Assembly: GCA_951406725.2 (NCBI GenBank)
Contig: OX597817.1
Coordinates: forward strand, 83,762,001-83,826,000
Source of the DNA: Octopus vulgaris
Taxonomy: Eukaryota
Reading direction: 5' to 3'
Length of the DNA: 64,000 nt
The notes beneath the pieces are model-generated. The model was not told the DNA's origin. It ran no database searches and saw only the letters and a list, made by a program, of their open reading frames with translations. A program made the translations under genes and the position numbers. This document shows positions 37,555 through 52,000 of the stretch, piece by piece (the first letter of the stretch is position 1; each line of letters begins with the position of its first letter).

Positions 37555-40500
37555 GTAAGTACCTTTTGGAGTTTTATTGCAAATCCCCAACCTCTGATAA
37601 ATTATTAATTTTTCTTTTTCTCTAAGCAGAGGTAAACTACTTGAGTATCACATCTTCTGTCTAGGTCTCACATCTACTTGTCTAAAGTGTTGAACTTCTG
37701 GAACTCTCTCTTTTGTCTAAGGTATTAAACTGCCAGCCCATAGTTCATAAGGTCAGATCTACTGCCTAAGGTATTGGGCTTCCAGCTTATGCTTCATTTT
37801 CTATCAGAAGTATTCACAGACAGCTCTTGATTCACAAATTTCAATGTATCTGAATTCAGCCTGCTAACTTGTGGCTTACATCTACTAAAATGTTTAGCTA
37901 GATGGATTGTATCTATTCTCAAAGTTCACAAAGTATTGTGGTCAAAGTACCAGTCTTCTATCTAAGGGTTAACAGCTAATGGTTCAAACACTCGAATTTG
38001 CTGTGCAGCACACTGACTACTCACAGCTCGTATATATTGTCTGGATTATTAGATTGCCAGCTCAACACCCTCAAGATTATACCTACAGTCTAACATAGTA
38101 GACTGCTACTTCATGACTCACATCAACTGTGCATGGTGTCAGACTAGCAGCTCATGACTCACAAGCTCAGGATTGCTGTCTAAGATGGTAAATTACCATC
38201 TCATAGCCTACATGTGCTGTCTAAGTAGATTGTGGTATGTGATGATAGCCTACCATCTCTTGACTTACAAGCTGAGATATGCTGTCTAAAGTATTGGAGA
38301 AAATGCTCTGTGATATTTAGTTGCATGTTTAGGTTCTGATTTCAAATTTTGCCAAATCCTGAAGAATTAAAGCTACATCACGACTTTTGATCAGATCTGC
38401 AATTTGGATTTTATTCTGAACAATTCTTTATTATTGCAGCTTTATTGTCATTCCTGAATTGGTGCCAGGTTTTTGAAATTTACCTGTAAAGGGTTAGTTT
38501 TGCATCTGCTTAATTGTACAAAAACTAGAGTTAACTCATAGATACATAGGTGCAGGTGTGGTTAAGTAGTTCACTTCCCAACTATGTGGTCTGAAGTTCA
38601 GTCCCACTGCATGGCACCTTGGGTAAGTGTCTTCTGCTATGGCCCCAAGTCAGCCAAAGTCTTGAGAGTTAATTTGGTAGACAAAGTGAAAGAAGCCTGT
38701 TGTGTGTGAATGTATGTTTTGTGTATACCCTTGTCCTAACATCGCATGGTGGTTATAAATGAGCATCATCATCATACAAGCAATGTTGTTTGTTTCCAGT
38801 CTTCCATAAAAAAAAAACATGCTTGATCATGGGGTAAATTAGGTTGCTTGGAAACAGTCATGGTTTGGTAACAAGGTAGGTATCAAGCCATAGAAAATCT
38901 GCCTCAACAAGTTTTATCTGACCCATGCAAGTGTGGACATTAAATTATGACATTGATTTATTTAAAGCATAAGATCATTTTTGTTGGGAATACAAGCAGC
39001 TGAAGTGAGCTAGTTATATTACTGGTTGTAATTTTAGCAGCCACTAGAAAATGAAAAACACTGTTAACATCTGCAGGGTTTGAAACTGGAGTTTTAGCAA
39101 GATGGAGCCAATTACTATGAGGTATTTTGCTTCACTTTCTACACTCTCTTTGACTGTTATTCTTTATTCCTAAAGAAGATTTGAATTTCAGTTTTGAATT
39201 AGTCTTCATAATGAAGCCTAATGCATATTCAAATTAGTTTGGGGTTGAAGATTTTATTGACCTTTCCAAATTATTATTCAGGGTCAACAATTGCCTCTCC
39301 CTACATCACAAAATTTTGCCTAATTATAACTGACTTAATTTCTTCATTATGATTGACTTTTAATTTCTTCGTTATTTCTCAGTGTGGTTTTTATTCAATA
39401 CAGAACAAATAGCTTGGTTTTTTTATTCATTTTTTTCTCAAATTGTAACAGAACAAAAGTTTATCAAAATACCAGCCAATAACAAAGAGAATGAAACAAT
39501 AATTAAATGTCATAATGTTCTTTCTTTAATGTGAGACTTTGTTAAATGTTCTAAGTATCCTGTAAAGTGGATGCTACAATCCATTGAGAGTTAAATAAAA
39601 TACTTTGTGTGTGATTTTCATCTCATTTTGAGTTCAAATTCTTCCCAGGTTAATTTTGCCTTTGACTCTTATGAAGTCTTTTAAATAGATACCAACCATG
39701 TACTGGAATAGATCAGTGCCCCAGAATGGTCAGAGCTTAGTGACTGATATCATTAAAAGAATTCAAATATGTCATAAGCAAATGTTAAGTGAAGGGATCT
39801 CTCTGCAACAAGCAACCCTTCAATTAATTGGATTTTAATAAATCTTGGAAGCTCTCTGTGTTCAGTATGTTAGCGTTGATGTTGCTGTTCTTGTTGATGA
39901 TGGGAAGGAGCTACTACAATCTGTTTGGCATTGCTTGCTTTATTTATTATACAGCATTTAACTCTTGATACCACCCCTTGGTTGTTTAAAATTTCATGTT
40001 AATTCATTATTTCAAGCTTAGGTTTTAATAATGACATAGTAATTTTACTAAATTCTTCATTGTTGCCAAAAATTAATTGAAATAAAGGCAGTGTCTTTCA
40101 TTAGAAATATGATAATGAAAGGGTTACTGAATTGCAGAATCATTCAGTTATTAATTATTGTAAGATGTACTGAGCTAACATTTGTATGTAGAATATAAAT
40201 GTGTGATTCTTCCTTTAAAGGTAAACAGGAATGTATTTGGAGGCTTCTTAAAAACTCTCACATAGGGTTGTTTTTTCTCTTTGTATTGAATATGCTGGTG
40301 ATGGCATCAAGAGAATTTATCTTTTTGTTAGTAGTTCAAAATTTCTTTAGCTCTGAGAAGCTACTACCCAGTCATTACTTACATTGCAGTGATGGTAACT
40401 GGGCATCATTTGTCTTTCTCTTGTGTGCCAGAATCTTTGGGTAAATTAGAATGAACCAATAAGAATACTTCTACAACTGCTCAGTTTGATAAAAACAGCA

Positions 40501-41299
40501 ACCAAACCTTCCTGAAATCCTACCGTAGTCTTTAAAAAAAAAGTAAATGAAATCTTAAATAATGTAGTCTTAGATGCACTATGCCTGAAAAAAGACGATG
40601 AAATCATTATAGCTGAAAAGCCTTTGATCATAAGACTTTTCAAGCATAGCTGATCTGGGACTAAGAACAATGACATTTTCAGTAGAGACTCAATGATCTA
40701 TTAAGTAATTTAAAGAATTTCCATTTCATAGTGTCTTATCTGTATATGAATCACTGAACATCTACTAGAACAGAAGTCATCAGAACAAGAGACATCACAG
40801 AGAAAATGGCTCAGTGATTGAACACACAACTGGCTCAGTATTGATTTTTAATATAAATACAAACATGGGCATGGCTATGTAGTTAAAAAGCTTGCCTCTT
40901 AACTACATGACTTTAGGTTCCGTCCCACTGCATGGACCTTGGATAAATGTCTCCTCCAAAACTCAATTGAGCTATGCATATGATCAGTGACATCATTTCT
41001 GATTGGGCGAAACTGGTGATGTGTATTGACAGTTCTTGTCTATACAATCATCTACTCTCTTTACACTCTCAGTAACACATAAGAGTTGATTATGGAACAT
41101 TCTTTTGACTGTAAAATCCCTGCCTCAAAATTCACTTCCAACTATTCCAGAAAGGAAAATGGATATTAAATGAAACAAACAAATGACTATACAAGACTTC
41201 AAATCTATATAAATGCTTGTTTTCGGTTAGCACTTTATTAGTTGATTATATCAATATTTGTCTTGGTTAGTACTTTATCTTATCAAGTCTGGAAGAAGA

Positions 41300-41620
41300 A
41301 ATTAAAACTGAGCTTAGGACACAGAGCCTAAATGTAGAGCTTAGTAGTGAGTCTAAATGTATTCAATTAGAATCGAGCTTAGAGCACAAAACCTAAATGT
41401 ATTAATTTAAAATTAAGCTTAGAACTGAGCCTAAATGTATTCAAATAAAAATTGACCTTCAAACTGAGCCTAAATGCATTCAATTAAAATTGTGTTGAGA
41501 ACTGAGCCTAAACGTATTTGATTAAAACTGAGCTTAGAACTGAGCCTAGATGTATTCAATTAAAATTGTGCTTAGAACTGAGCTTAAGTGTATTCAATTA
41601 ATATTTTGCTTAGAACTCAG
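41300..41620. repeat. ~38-bp minisatellite, about 8 units
   Basis: Unit aattaaaattgagcttagaactgagcctaaatgtattc. Confidence 0.85.
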
Positions 41621-41867
41621 AACATGAGTGTAATCATCTAAAAACCACCAGACAGCTTATCTATTGTTCTACTAATTTACCAATACAGTGTTCAATATTG
41701 ACTAGAGGCCTTCGGGAATAAGAATTGTATGAATTGGAAACTGTGGGGCCATAATCTACAGAAATAAAAGTTAGTGAATATTAATTTGTTTGTTTTCAAG
41801 TCTGTCCATGTGTGCGTGTATTTTTATATGTTTGCCTTGTGTGTGCATGTGTGTGTACATGAACCAA

Positions 41868-41899
<32 letters not shown>

Positions 41900-42996
41900 T
41901 TGTCAAGTATATGTGTGTACATGTACCAAATGTGTGTCTATAAAGAAAATTAGTTAGTCAAATGTTCATTAATTAATCTTTAATTCATTAATTGATTTGA
42001 ATTAATGAACACAAACTGGTTTGTTTTAGTTTTGAATGCTTGCTATATCAAAACCTTGCAAGTTGACTAACATACCAGCTTTGGTATTAACATGTTTTTG
42101 AGAAGTTTTTTTTTTTTTTAGTCTTTCTTTTACACTACTCTATGAATTAGACATTTTTTTAATATTTAAAAACTAAAATAGATTCAAATCAATTCTTAGT
42201 ACATCCAATGCAAAGATGTTTTTTGTTTTATGTTTTTTTTTAACAGTTTTGATTATTTTAAAATTCTGACTTTATTTTTCTTAACCAGTTTGCACAACTT
42301 CAGTTTTCTTTTTGCTTTGTTTTTTTTTCCCCATCTTCCCATTAGGAATGTAAAAGAGAAACATTAAAAAAAATTTTGTTATTTGATTTTCTTTCCTCTG
42401 TCTTATGCGATTTCCATAGAGATTTTATTGTTGTTAGTGTTTTATCATCATCGTCATCTTCACCGCCTTCTTTGTCATCATCACAATCACCATCATTATC
42501 ATCATCACCACCACCACCACCAACATCCTCATCACCACCACCATCATCATCACCACTACCATTACCATTATTGTTGTTAGAATTGCAGATATGGTAGAAC
42601 TAAAGTAAATTCTCAGCAGGCTATGTTTATGACCCAGTTTCAATTCTTTAGATCCACTTCATTTTTTTTTTAAGCTTTTGTTGTAATTGTTGTTGTTGTC
42701 TATTTCAAGTTAGTTTTGATCATACAGACTTATGATTAAAAATATAGCAGACTTATGATTAAAGGTATCCCAAACAAGACCATTTGGTCTTTTTTGTATA
42801 TCTAAGACTATAGTATGCAATGTAGACTTCCTTTCTTAAGATGCTAGTGTTTGATATGAGGAACATATAGCTCCTATTTCTGGCATTTCATTTGACTATT
42901 TAGAGGATCCCATTAATACACTTCAGCCACTATTAGAAAAGCATGAATGCCTCTGTATCATACATGTTATAGTTTAAACATTTTATGCTTTTCTCT

Positions 42997-43210
42997 TTTA
43001 CTTGTTTCAGTCATTTGACTGCAGCTATGCTGGAGCACCGCCTTTAGTAGAGCAAATCTACCCCGGGACTTATTCTTTGTAAGCCTAGTACTTATTCTAT
43101 TGGTATCTTTTCCCGAACCGCTAAGTTACAGGGACATAAACACACCACCATCAGTTGTCAAGTGATGTTGGGGGGACAAACACAGATATACAAACATATA
43201 CACACACATA

Positions 43211-43244
<34 letters not shown>

Positions 43245-43405
43245 TACGACGGGCTTCTTTCAGTTTCCATCTACCAAATCCACTCTCAAGGCTTTTTTCA
43301 TCCCGAGGCTATAGTAGAAGACACTTGCCCAAGGTGCCACACAGTGGAAATGAACCCGGAACCATGTGGCTGGTAAGCAAGCTACTTACCACACGGCCAC
43401 TCCTG
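42997..43405 (-). mobile_element. tRNA-derived SINE, same family, inverted
   Basis: Reverse complement of the family sequence. Confidence 0.85.
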
Positions 43406-43459
43406 CTTCTAAATTTTGTATTAAAATTTTTCTAATCATTATTATCATCATCAACAAGA

Positions 43460-43930
43460 AGGTGGTGAGCTGACAGGATCATTAGCACACAGGATAAAAT
43501 GCTTAGCAACATTTTATCTGCCTTTATGTTCTGAGTTCAAATTCCGCTGGGGTCAACTTTGCCTTTTATCCTTTCAAGGTCAATTAAATAAATGTAAGTT
43601 AAGCACTGGGGTCGATAAATTAAGTACCAGTTGAACACAGGTATTGAAGTAATCAACTGCCCCTCTCCCCACCTAAATTTCAGGCCTTGTACCATTAGTA
43701 GAAAGATTATTGTTCTCAACAAGGCGGTGAGCAAGCATAATTGTTAGTATGTTAGACAAAGTGCTTTGTGGCATTTCTTCTGGTTCATCACATACTGAGT
43801 TCTAATCCCATTGAGGTCAACTTTGCTTATCATCCTTTCATGGTCAAAAAAAATAAAGTACCCGTCAAGTACCACTGTCAGTGAATTGACTTGCACCTCC
43901 TTCAAAATTGCTGGCTTTGTGCCATAACTT
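43460..43930 (+). mobile_element. Two tandem tRNA-derived SINEs with Nin/Deu-like core (gcctttcatcctttcggggtcgataaa..aagtaccag)
   Basis: Same family at 11030-11245(-), 12570-12720, 19265-19490, 34055-34272(-), 35660-35870, 54280-54490(-), 61936-62105 and 63125-63570(- x2). Core resembles the Nin/Deu SINE domain as I recall it. Confidence 0.7.
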
Positions 43931-44553
43931 GAATCAGTCATCATAATCAACATCAATAGCATCAAGATGAACGAATTGTGAAGTGCATACAAATGTTGTT
44001 TTTACTGAGTAGCCCCAGGTCAGTGCTGAATGAGGAGAACTATAGCCAATGACATTTCAGCTATGACCATCCCTCTTTTTCCATTGTAACAGTCCCTGTG
44101 AACCTAAGATCACATTATCTAATGCATCATTCTCTTTCTAGAATTTTAATTGAAACAGAGTGAGCTGCTGTACCACGAAGATCAAGTGGCTACATAGTTA
44201 TCCCCTGCATTGATTCATCATTTTGGATTTTTATGGTCAGACATATTTTGACATCTAGCTTGGTAACTATGTTTCCAGTTCAAATTATCCTGGTGTTTAC
44301 TTTACTTACTCCTTCTTTAGTATTGATAAATAATTAGTAATGTACCGTTATCAGTGCTGGCATGGCTCTGTGGTTAAAAATCTTTGCTTCTCAACCAGGT
44401 GGTCTTCAGTTCAGTCCCGCTGTGTGGCACCTAGGACAAGTATCTTCTACTAAAGTCCCAGGTCAACCAATGCCTTGTGAGTGGATTTGATAGACAGAAA
44501 TTGAAAGAAACCCATCTCACATATAAGTCCACTGTGTGTGTGTGTGTCTGTGC

Positions 44554-44610
<57 letters not shown>

Positions 44611-44702
44611 TAGAGAGTTTACAAAAAAAAAACAAAAGACGAAGACAGGTGGTGTACAAAACAAACAGATGTATTAGTATAACGCTCAGGAATAGAAAAA
44701 GT

Positions 44703-44738
44703 CTTTTACATTTCGAGCCTACGCTCTTCTACGGAAAG
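44703..44738 (-). ncRNA. Degenerate hammerhead-like motif with U6 core, in a short TA-associated repeat
   Basis: cuuu CCGUAGA A gagc-guag-gcuc GAA AUGU A aaag; copies at 3310-3345(+) and 35028-35063(-). Confidence 0.5.
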
Positions 44739-45572
44739 GGACACAGAAAAAACAAGGAGAGAAAAAAATGTGTATGGTGGCTAACGCTCTATCATGGTGA
44801 CTGTATATACATACACACACACCCTTGTTGCACCACATGCATCATCATTCAAGCAATTTTGTTTGTTTCCAGTCTTCTGTGAACAGAACGTCTGGTGAGG
44901 ATGAAATATTATGTTGCTTGTAACAAGTAATGGTTGGCCATACAAATGTCATACAGCTATTGGAAATTTGCCTCAAAAAAATTCTATCTGACCCATGCAA
45001 GCCAGGAAAAGTAGACATTAACTGATGATGCTAATGTCATCAGTTCAAATTAATCACTTCTTCAAAGCTGGCATTGCTGGTTCATAATTAAAGTATTTCT
45101 TTCAGCTTGACGTATTGCATCAATCTATTGTGTAATGTTCTATTGTAACAGTCTATCATTTGTTTTGCTAATACCTTTCGCTACTTTCATAGTTTCTCCA
45201 TTTATCTTTCTTACCACCCAGAAGCATTTCCCTAATTATCCATGCATCATTCTTCATTTTGTCCTCTCCACCCACTTTTTATATTGATCACCCTCAACAC
45301 ATCTTATATCTCTCTTTCCCTCCCTCTCTTCTCTCATCTTTCTCCTGTCCATTACTATACCATTATTGTTATTTTGCTGCTCTTCACCTTTGCCTTTTTT
45401 CCTGCATTGTCAGCCCACCCATCAAACCCCTTCTTCTCTACCTTTCATCCCTCAAAATCTATTCTTCATTATAATCACCCCCAACCTTCATTCTCCCTAT
45501 ACACTCTTGAAACAGTTACTCACCTTCACTCCATATTCTTTTGAGCACACTCACTTCTGTTCACTTTGTAAC

Positions 45573-45800
45573 TTAACCCTTTTGTTACTATATTTATTTT
45601 GAGATGCTCTGTATTTCTTTAAATTATTTTAAATATAAGAAAGAATTTAGTGAAATAACTTTGTTATCATTCAGCAAGTGTTAGGAATGTAAATTGTGAC
45701 TAAGGTTTGGTGGAAGATTTTAATTCAGAACTTCTGAAAACAAGATATTTGTACTCAGAGCCAGAGCTGGTTTCAGCTGGGTTGGTATCAAAAGGGTTAA
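45573..45800. mobile_element. piggyBac-type MITE
   Basis: ttaacccttttg...caaaagggttaa termini. Confidence 0.78.
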
Positions 45801-46514
45801 AGCTCCACGCTGACACTTCATGACCACTATCTTTGTCTCTTTACATCTCCACCCTGGTTATTTCCACCCACTCTTCTATAACATAAGTAGCTATGTAGTT
45901 CTTCTACAGAGAGAACTCTATTTTCTTCTGAACTATTTTCTCATACTTTAGCCCCTTATCTCTTAGCATGAAACCAACTTCCTCGCTATTGTAACTCGTC
46001 TCAGTTGAAGGGGATCTTAGTCCTGTGAGCTGCATGGTGGCCTCATTGGAGCTGGTGCCATGAGAAATGCACCCAGTACGCACTGAAGAGTGGTTGGTAT
46101 TAAGAAGGGTACCTTTTCTAACTGTAGGAACCATATCAAAGCAAACATTAGAGCAGAATGCAGTCCTCAGAGTTGTTGGATCCTGTCAAACGACCTAACT
46201 TTGTGTCTGATCACATGTGAAGTCTCTCATGAGTGCAACTGGTAATGTGGATTCCAGTACAATCTGTTACATGGTCAGGTCATTGGTAACTAAACCTACA
46301 CCACATCTACTAGGCTTGCCTCATGTGGAGGATTGCTAGAAACCCAACAAGACTAAAAACAAGACGTATCAAAAGGATGAATGAACTTAGTGTAGGTTCA
46401 GCAACTATCTAACAATAGCATGGGCCCTCAGAAATTCCAGGTTGGTCTCTGGCATGCTGGAAGACCACTAAGAGTGAGGCACCCCTTAGTTTTCGTTAGT
46501 GGTTAGTTTTTGTT

Positions 46515-46997
46515 AGTGGCTTAGTGGTTAGTGTGTCAGCACCATGATCGTAAGATGTGGTGTAACACATTGTATTCTTGAGCAAAACCTTCATTTCACG
46601 TTGCTCCAGTCCACTCAGCTGGCAAAACTGAGTAACGCTGCAATGGACTGTTGTCCCATCCAGCTGGGGAATACATACGCCATAGAAACCGGGAATGCGG
46701 GCCCATGAGCCTGGTTAGGCTTTAAAAGGGCCCATTTATTTTAAAAGGTGGAGGCACTTGGCTTAGTGGTTAGGGTGTCAGCATCATGATCATAAGATTG
46801 TGGTTTCAATTCCTGGACCAGGCGACACGTTGTGTTCTTGAGCAAAACGCTTCATTTCACATTGCTCCAGTCCACTCAGTTAGCAAAAATGAGTAACACT
46901 GCGATGGATGGGCGTCCTGTCCAGCTGGGGAACACAAATGCCATAGAAACCGGGAAACCAGCCCCATGAGCCTGGCTAGGCTTTAAAAGGGCACATT
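46515..46997 (+). mobile_element. Tandem pair of a third tRNA-headed SINE (cttgagcaa...ttgctccagtccactcagctg core)
   Basis: A/B boxes. Related copies at 1-235(-), 6640-6960(-), 13425-13592(-), 18695-19000(-), 25885-26140 and 36000-36250(-). Confidence 0.75.
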
Positions 46998-48489
46998 TAT
47001 TTTTTTTTAATTATGTAACTAGTTTAAATTGTTACTTATTCTATAAAAGTGGATTATTTTCACCTTCATTTTCCACATGGTTACATGGTTATCATTCATA
47101 GAAAGACAAGTACACTAAGCTGTCTTGACTGAAAAACACAATATATATATATATACAGTAATATACAGTGTGTATTGTTATATCTAATACATTCATGTAC
47201 ATTCAAACATGGGAAGAACCTTCACTGTGGAAACTGTTGCAGGAAAGAAATTGTCCTTATAGACTATGTGAGTGTGAAATGACAATACTAGACTACAAAT
47301 GACATCATCAGACTATAGGATATAGTATTTTTGCATTGTTATTCCTCCTCAGCTACAGACTCTGAATTCGTTGCTCACTAAGAACTACATATAATTCTTA
47401 TATTTAAATAGAAAGTTGTATATTTGCTGATGTGTGCAAAACTTTGTCATGCTAAAATTGATTAGGAACACAGAAAACTGGAATGGGTAAAATATAGGTG
47501 TGTACAATTATATTTATAACATGTGTGTACACTCAAATATAGAAAAACCTTCTCTGCAGAAATTGTATTGAGAGAGAAATTCTCCTAATAGATAATGTGT
47601 GTGAAAACATACCACTGGGCTATAGATGACAGTTAGACTGTAGGACACATATTTCTGCACTGTCATAGACACTTTATCAAAGAACCATTGTTCATAGTCC
47701 TGTAAGAACTGCTGTCTTTATGGTCAAACAAAAGATAGTAAATTTGATGATGTGCACTAAGCTTTGTCAAGCTGGAATTAATTAGATTAAATTTATTTTC
47801 CTGCATGGAAAGATGTTAGCAAGAAGGAAATTCCAAAGAGTTATGGCTGTAGGAAGAATTGAGTGGGAAGTAGCATGAATTATCAGAATCAGGGAAAAAG
47901 AAGAAGTATTTTCAGATATCATTAGAATGTACCTTCAAGAATAAAGAAGGCGTTGTAAAGCTGGTGAAAGGAAATTTCATTGCTGATAGCAATTTCATAA
48001 ACTGTATGACAAAACCAGTGTGATCTTTCAAAATTAACACCTTTGTTGCCATATTTCTATTGAAATACACAACCTTTGTTTCAGTTAATTTTGAAAATAA
48101 TTAAGAATTTAATAAAATAACCTTATTATTATGGAGATGTACTTGCATAGCAAGTGACCTGTTCTGAGATCATGTGCTGGAACGAAAACAAATGCAGCGT
48201 GGAAGTTGTTTATAAGCCATTTAAGAAACACACAAAAACTGTTAGATTCATTTCAACATTTAAATTTAATTTCTCAAAATATTTTCGTTGCTTTGAGACC
48301 GTGACCTGTTCATTTTGAGTCCCCTGTTTCGATTGGAGCCTCCAGCTATATGAAAATTTCCTGACCCCAACCTGTCAGAAAACAGCTTCTAAGCAACTGG
48401 TTGTTTTAATGGCAGAAGAAAGAGGGAAATTCCATTAGAAAAGTTTTAATCGATTTTCTCAGTAAGTATGGTGGTTAGGAAAAAAATAC

Positions 48490-48724
<235 letters not shown>

Positions 48725-49017
48725 GAATAAAACTTTATATATAAAGAACGTGAAATTCACGAATTGATGAACACGGAAAACAGACAGTCATTCAGAGCCT
48801 TCATTCTTCAGTCAGAAACCGATTCATCATGGCAAATTTCGGCTGTTTAATTCTGAGATTTGCTCCAAAACGGCCAGCCCCAAGGAAAAGCTAAGCTATG
48901 GGCATTAAATTTCCTTGGTAGAAGGAAAGAATGTGACAACAGAGACGAATAGGAAAACAAGAGACGAAGATAAAATTGGAAACAGTAACGAATAAAAACA
49001 GGAATGACTTAGAGATG

Positions 49018-49061
<44 letters not shown>

Positions 49062-49064
<3 letters not shown>

Positions 49065-52000
49065 TCATCATCATCATCATCATCGTTTAACGTCCGTTTT
49101 CCGCGCTAGCACGGGTTGGACGTTTTCGACCGGGGTCTGGGGAGCCAGGGGCTGCCCCAGGCTCCAGTCTGGTCTGGCAGTGTTTCTACAGCTAGATGCC
49201 CTTCCTAACGCCAACCACTCCGCGAGTGTAGTGGGTGCTTTTTACGTGCCACCTGCACAGGTGCCAGAGGGGTCTGGCATCAGCCACGGTCGGTTGGTGC
49301 TTTTTATGTGCCACCTGCACAGAAGCCAGTCGGGGCGGTGCTGGCATCGGCCACGTTCGGATGGTGCTTTTTATGGGGGGGGGGCAGAAATATAGGGGAG
49401 CACCAGTGGGGAAGGGTGTTTGGAGTGTTCATGTACTTGACTCAACAGGTCTCCTCAAGCACAGCAGGACGATCTGGGATCCGGGGTACTTTGAATGGGC
49501 AGGGGCTATGCGGAACTTATGCAGGAAGCAGCCCGGGTCTTTGCAGTCAAGCATATCTCCAGAGATCTCGGTCCTTCGCCATTGCCTCGGTGAGGCCCAA
49601 CGCTCTGAGGTCAAGCTTGACTGCCTCATCCCATGTCTTCCTGGGTCTACCTCTCCCCCTGATACCTTCAACTGTTTGGGAGTGGCACTTCTTCACACAT
49701 CTCTCCTCATCCATCCGCAGCACATGACCATACCATCGCAAGCGTCGCTCTTGCACACCACATCTGATGCTTCTTATATCCAGCATTTCTCTCAGGATGC
49801 TTACACTCTGTCGTGCGTGCACACTGACATTACACATCCAGCGGAACATGCTAGCTTCATTTCTTTCAAGTCTACGCATGTCCTCTGCAGTCATAGCCCA
49901 TGTTTCATTACCGTGAAGCATGGCAGTTCGCACACATGCATCATACAGTCTACCTTTCACTCTGAGGGAGAGACCCTTTTTCGCCAGTAGGGGTAGGAGC
50001 TTTCTGAGCTTTGCCCAGGCTATTCGTATTCTAGTGGTGATACTCTCTGTGCATCCACCTCCGCTACTAACTTGGTCACCCAGGTAGCGGAAACTATCAA
50101 CTACTTCTAGTTTCTCTCCCTGGAGTGTGATGGAATCTGCTTTCTGAGTGTCTGTGGTGTCTATTGTCCCTGTGCATCTGCCGCACATGAAAGCTATCTT
50201 ATCTGTTAATTTCCCTTTAATGTTGCTGCACCTCTTGTGTGTCCATAGCTTACATTGGGTGCATCTTATGGAGTTTCTACCTGCACCTTTCCTACAGATT
50301 GAGCAGGGCCACCTACCCAAGGGTGTGTGTGCTGAGTACGCCTTACTGCTTACTATTACTTTGGTCTTTGCTACATTTACTCTAAGGCCCTTCGATTCTA
50401 ACCCTTGCTTCCACACCCGAAATTTCTTTTCTAGTTCCGGTAGTGATTCTGCTATGAGAGCCAGGACATCAGCATAGAGGAGCTCCCAGGGGCATCCTGT
50501 TTTGAATTCCTCTGTTATTGCCTGGAGGACTATGATGAATAGAAGGGGACTGAGGGCTGAGCCCTGGAGCACACCTACTTCTACCCGGAATTCTTCACTA
50601 TATTCGTTGCCAATCCTAACCTTGCTGGCAGCCTCTCTGTATAGAGCCTGTACAGCCCTTATTAGCCATTCGTCAATCTCCAGTTTCCGCATCGACCACC
50701 AGATAAGGGAATGGGGAACCCTGTCAAAGGCTTTCTCCAAGTCCACAAAAGCTATGTAGAGGGGTTTATCTTTAGCTAGGTACTTCTCCTGCAGTTGTCG
50801 GACCAGGAATATAGCATCAGTGGTGCTTCTACCTGGCACAATCCGAACTGCATTTCATCTAAGCAAATTCTCTCCCTAATGAGATGGGTTATGACCCTCT
50901 CTGTGACCTTCATCACCTGGTCCAACAGTTTGATACCCCTGTAATTATTTCTATCTAGAGCATCACCCTTACCCTTGTAGCAGTTGACTATGGTGCTACT
51001 ACGCCAGTCATTGGGTATGACTCCATTGTGAACTACCTGGTTTACAATGCGGGTGACTATGCCATAGCCCACATAGCCAGCTGTTTTAAGCATCTCAGCA
51101 GTGATTCCTGATGGGCCGGGGGCTTTGCCTGGTTTCATATCCTTAATTGCCTTATCTACAAGGGAGCTGTCTATTCGGGTAGCTGGTCCCTCTACTGGGT
51201 CAACATTTGGCAGGCTCTCCTCCTCCCATTCATTCTCCTCGTTCAGCAGTCTTTCGTAATGGCTTCTCCAAGCCTCTTTCTTTTCACTAACAGTAAAAGC
51301 AAGTGCCCCATCATCCATGCGGACACATTTCTCTCCTGTAACATCACTATTTTCTCTGACACACTGTCTGGCAATCCGAAATACCTCAGCTCTTTGGTCC
51401 TCACGTCGCTGGACATTGGCAAACTTCTTCTTTTCTGCTACATCTTTGGCTATGTATACCTGCCGCCCAGCCTCCCTTTTGGCTGCCTGGTACAGTTCCC
51501 TGCTGCCCCCATCCCTCCAGGCTTTCCAGGCCCGTCTCTTTGCACTAATGGCTTTATCTACTGCACTGTTCCACCACCACGTAACTCTAGGTCTGGAAGG
51601 GACTCTGCACCATCCACAGACTCGGTCTGTGGCACTCAGCAAGCTGTCCCGTAGGAATTCCCAGCTACCTTCTATGTCTGACGTCTGGAGCTCCTCCTCC
51701 CTCTCATCAAATTTATTGATGAGTATGTCCCTAAATTTCTGACCATGTGAAGGGTTCTTTAGCCTCCAAATCCTTCTTTTCTGGATTGGTTTGTTTTTTT
51801 GGAGTCCTTCTGGCCTCAAGCTTAAAGTCACTGATGATTAGTCTATGCTGAGGGATACATTCTTCACCCGGGAGGGTCTTTGTATTCAAGAGTGACCCTG
51901 CATCTCGCTGTCTGGTGAGGATGAAGTCTATTTGGCTAGCGGAGTCTCCTGACTGATAGGTTATAAGGTGGCAGTCAGGCTTCTTGAAGTTAGTGTTGCA

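Noticed and set aside
41300-41620. CRISPR-like periodicity
   Set aside because: Contiguous tandem units with no unique spacers; eukaryotic intron with no cas genes.
42376-42643. His- or Ser/Pro-rich ORFs (also 59151-59348)
   Set aside because: (CAT/CAC)n microsatellite with no splice or homology support.
49235-51742. Plus-strand ORFs of 85-251 aa
   Set aside because: Antisense shadows of the RTE ORF.
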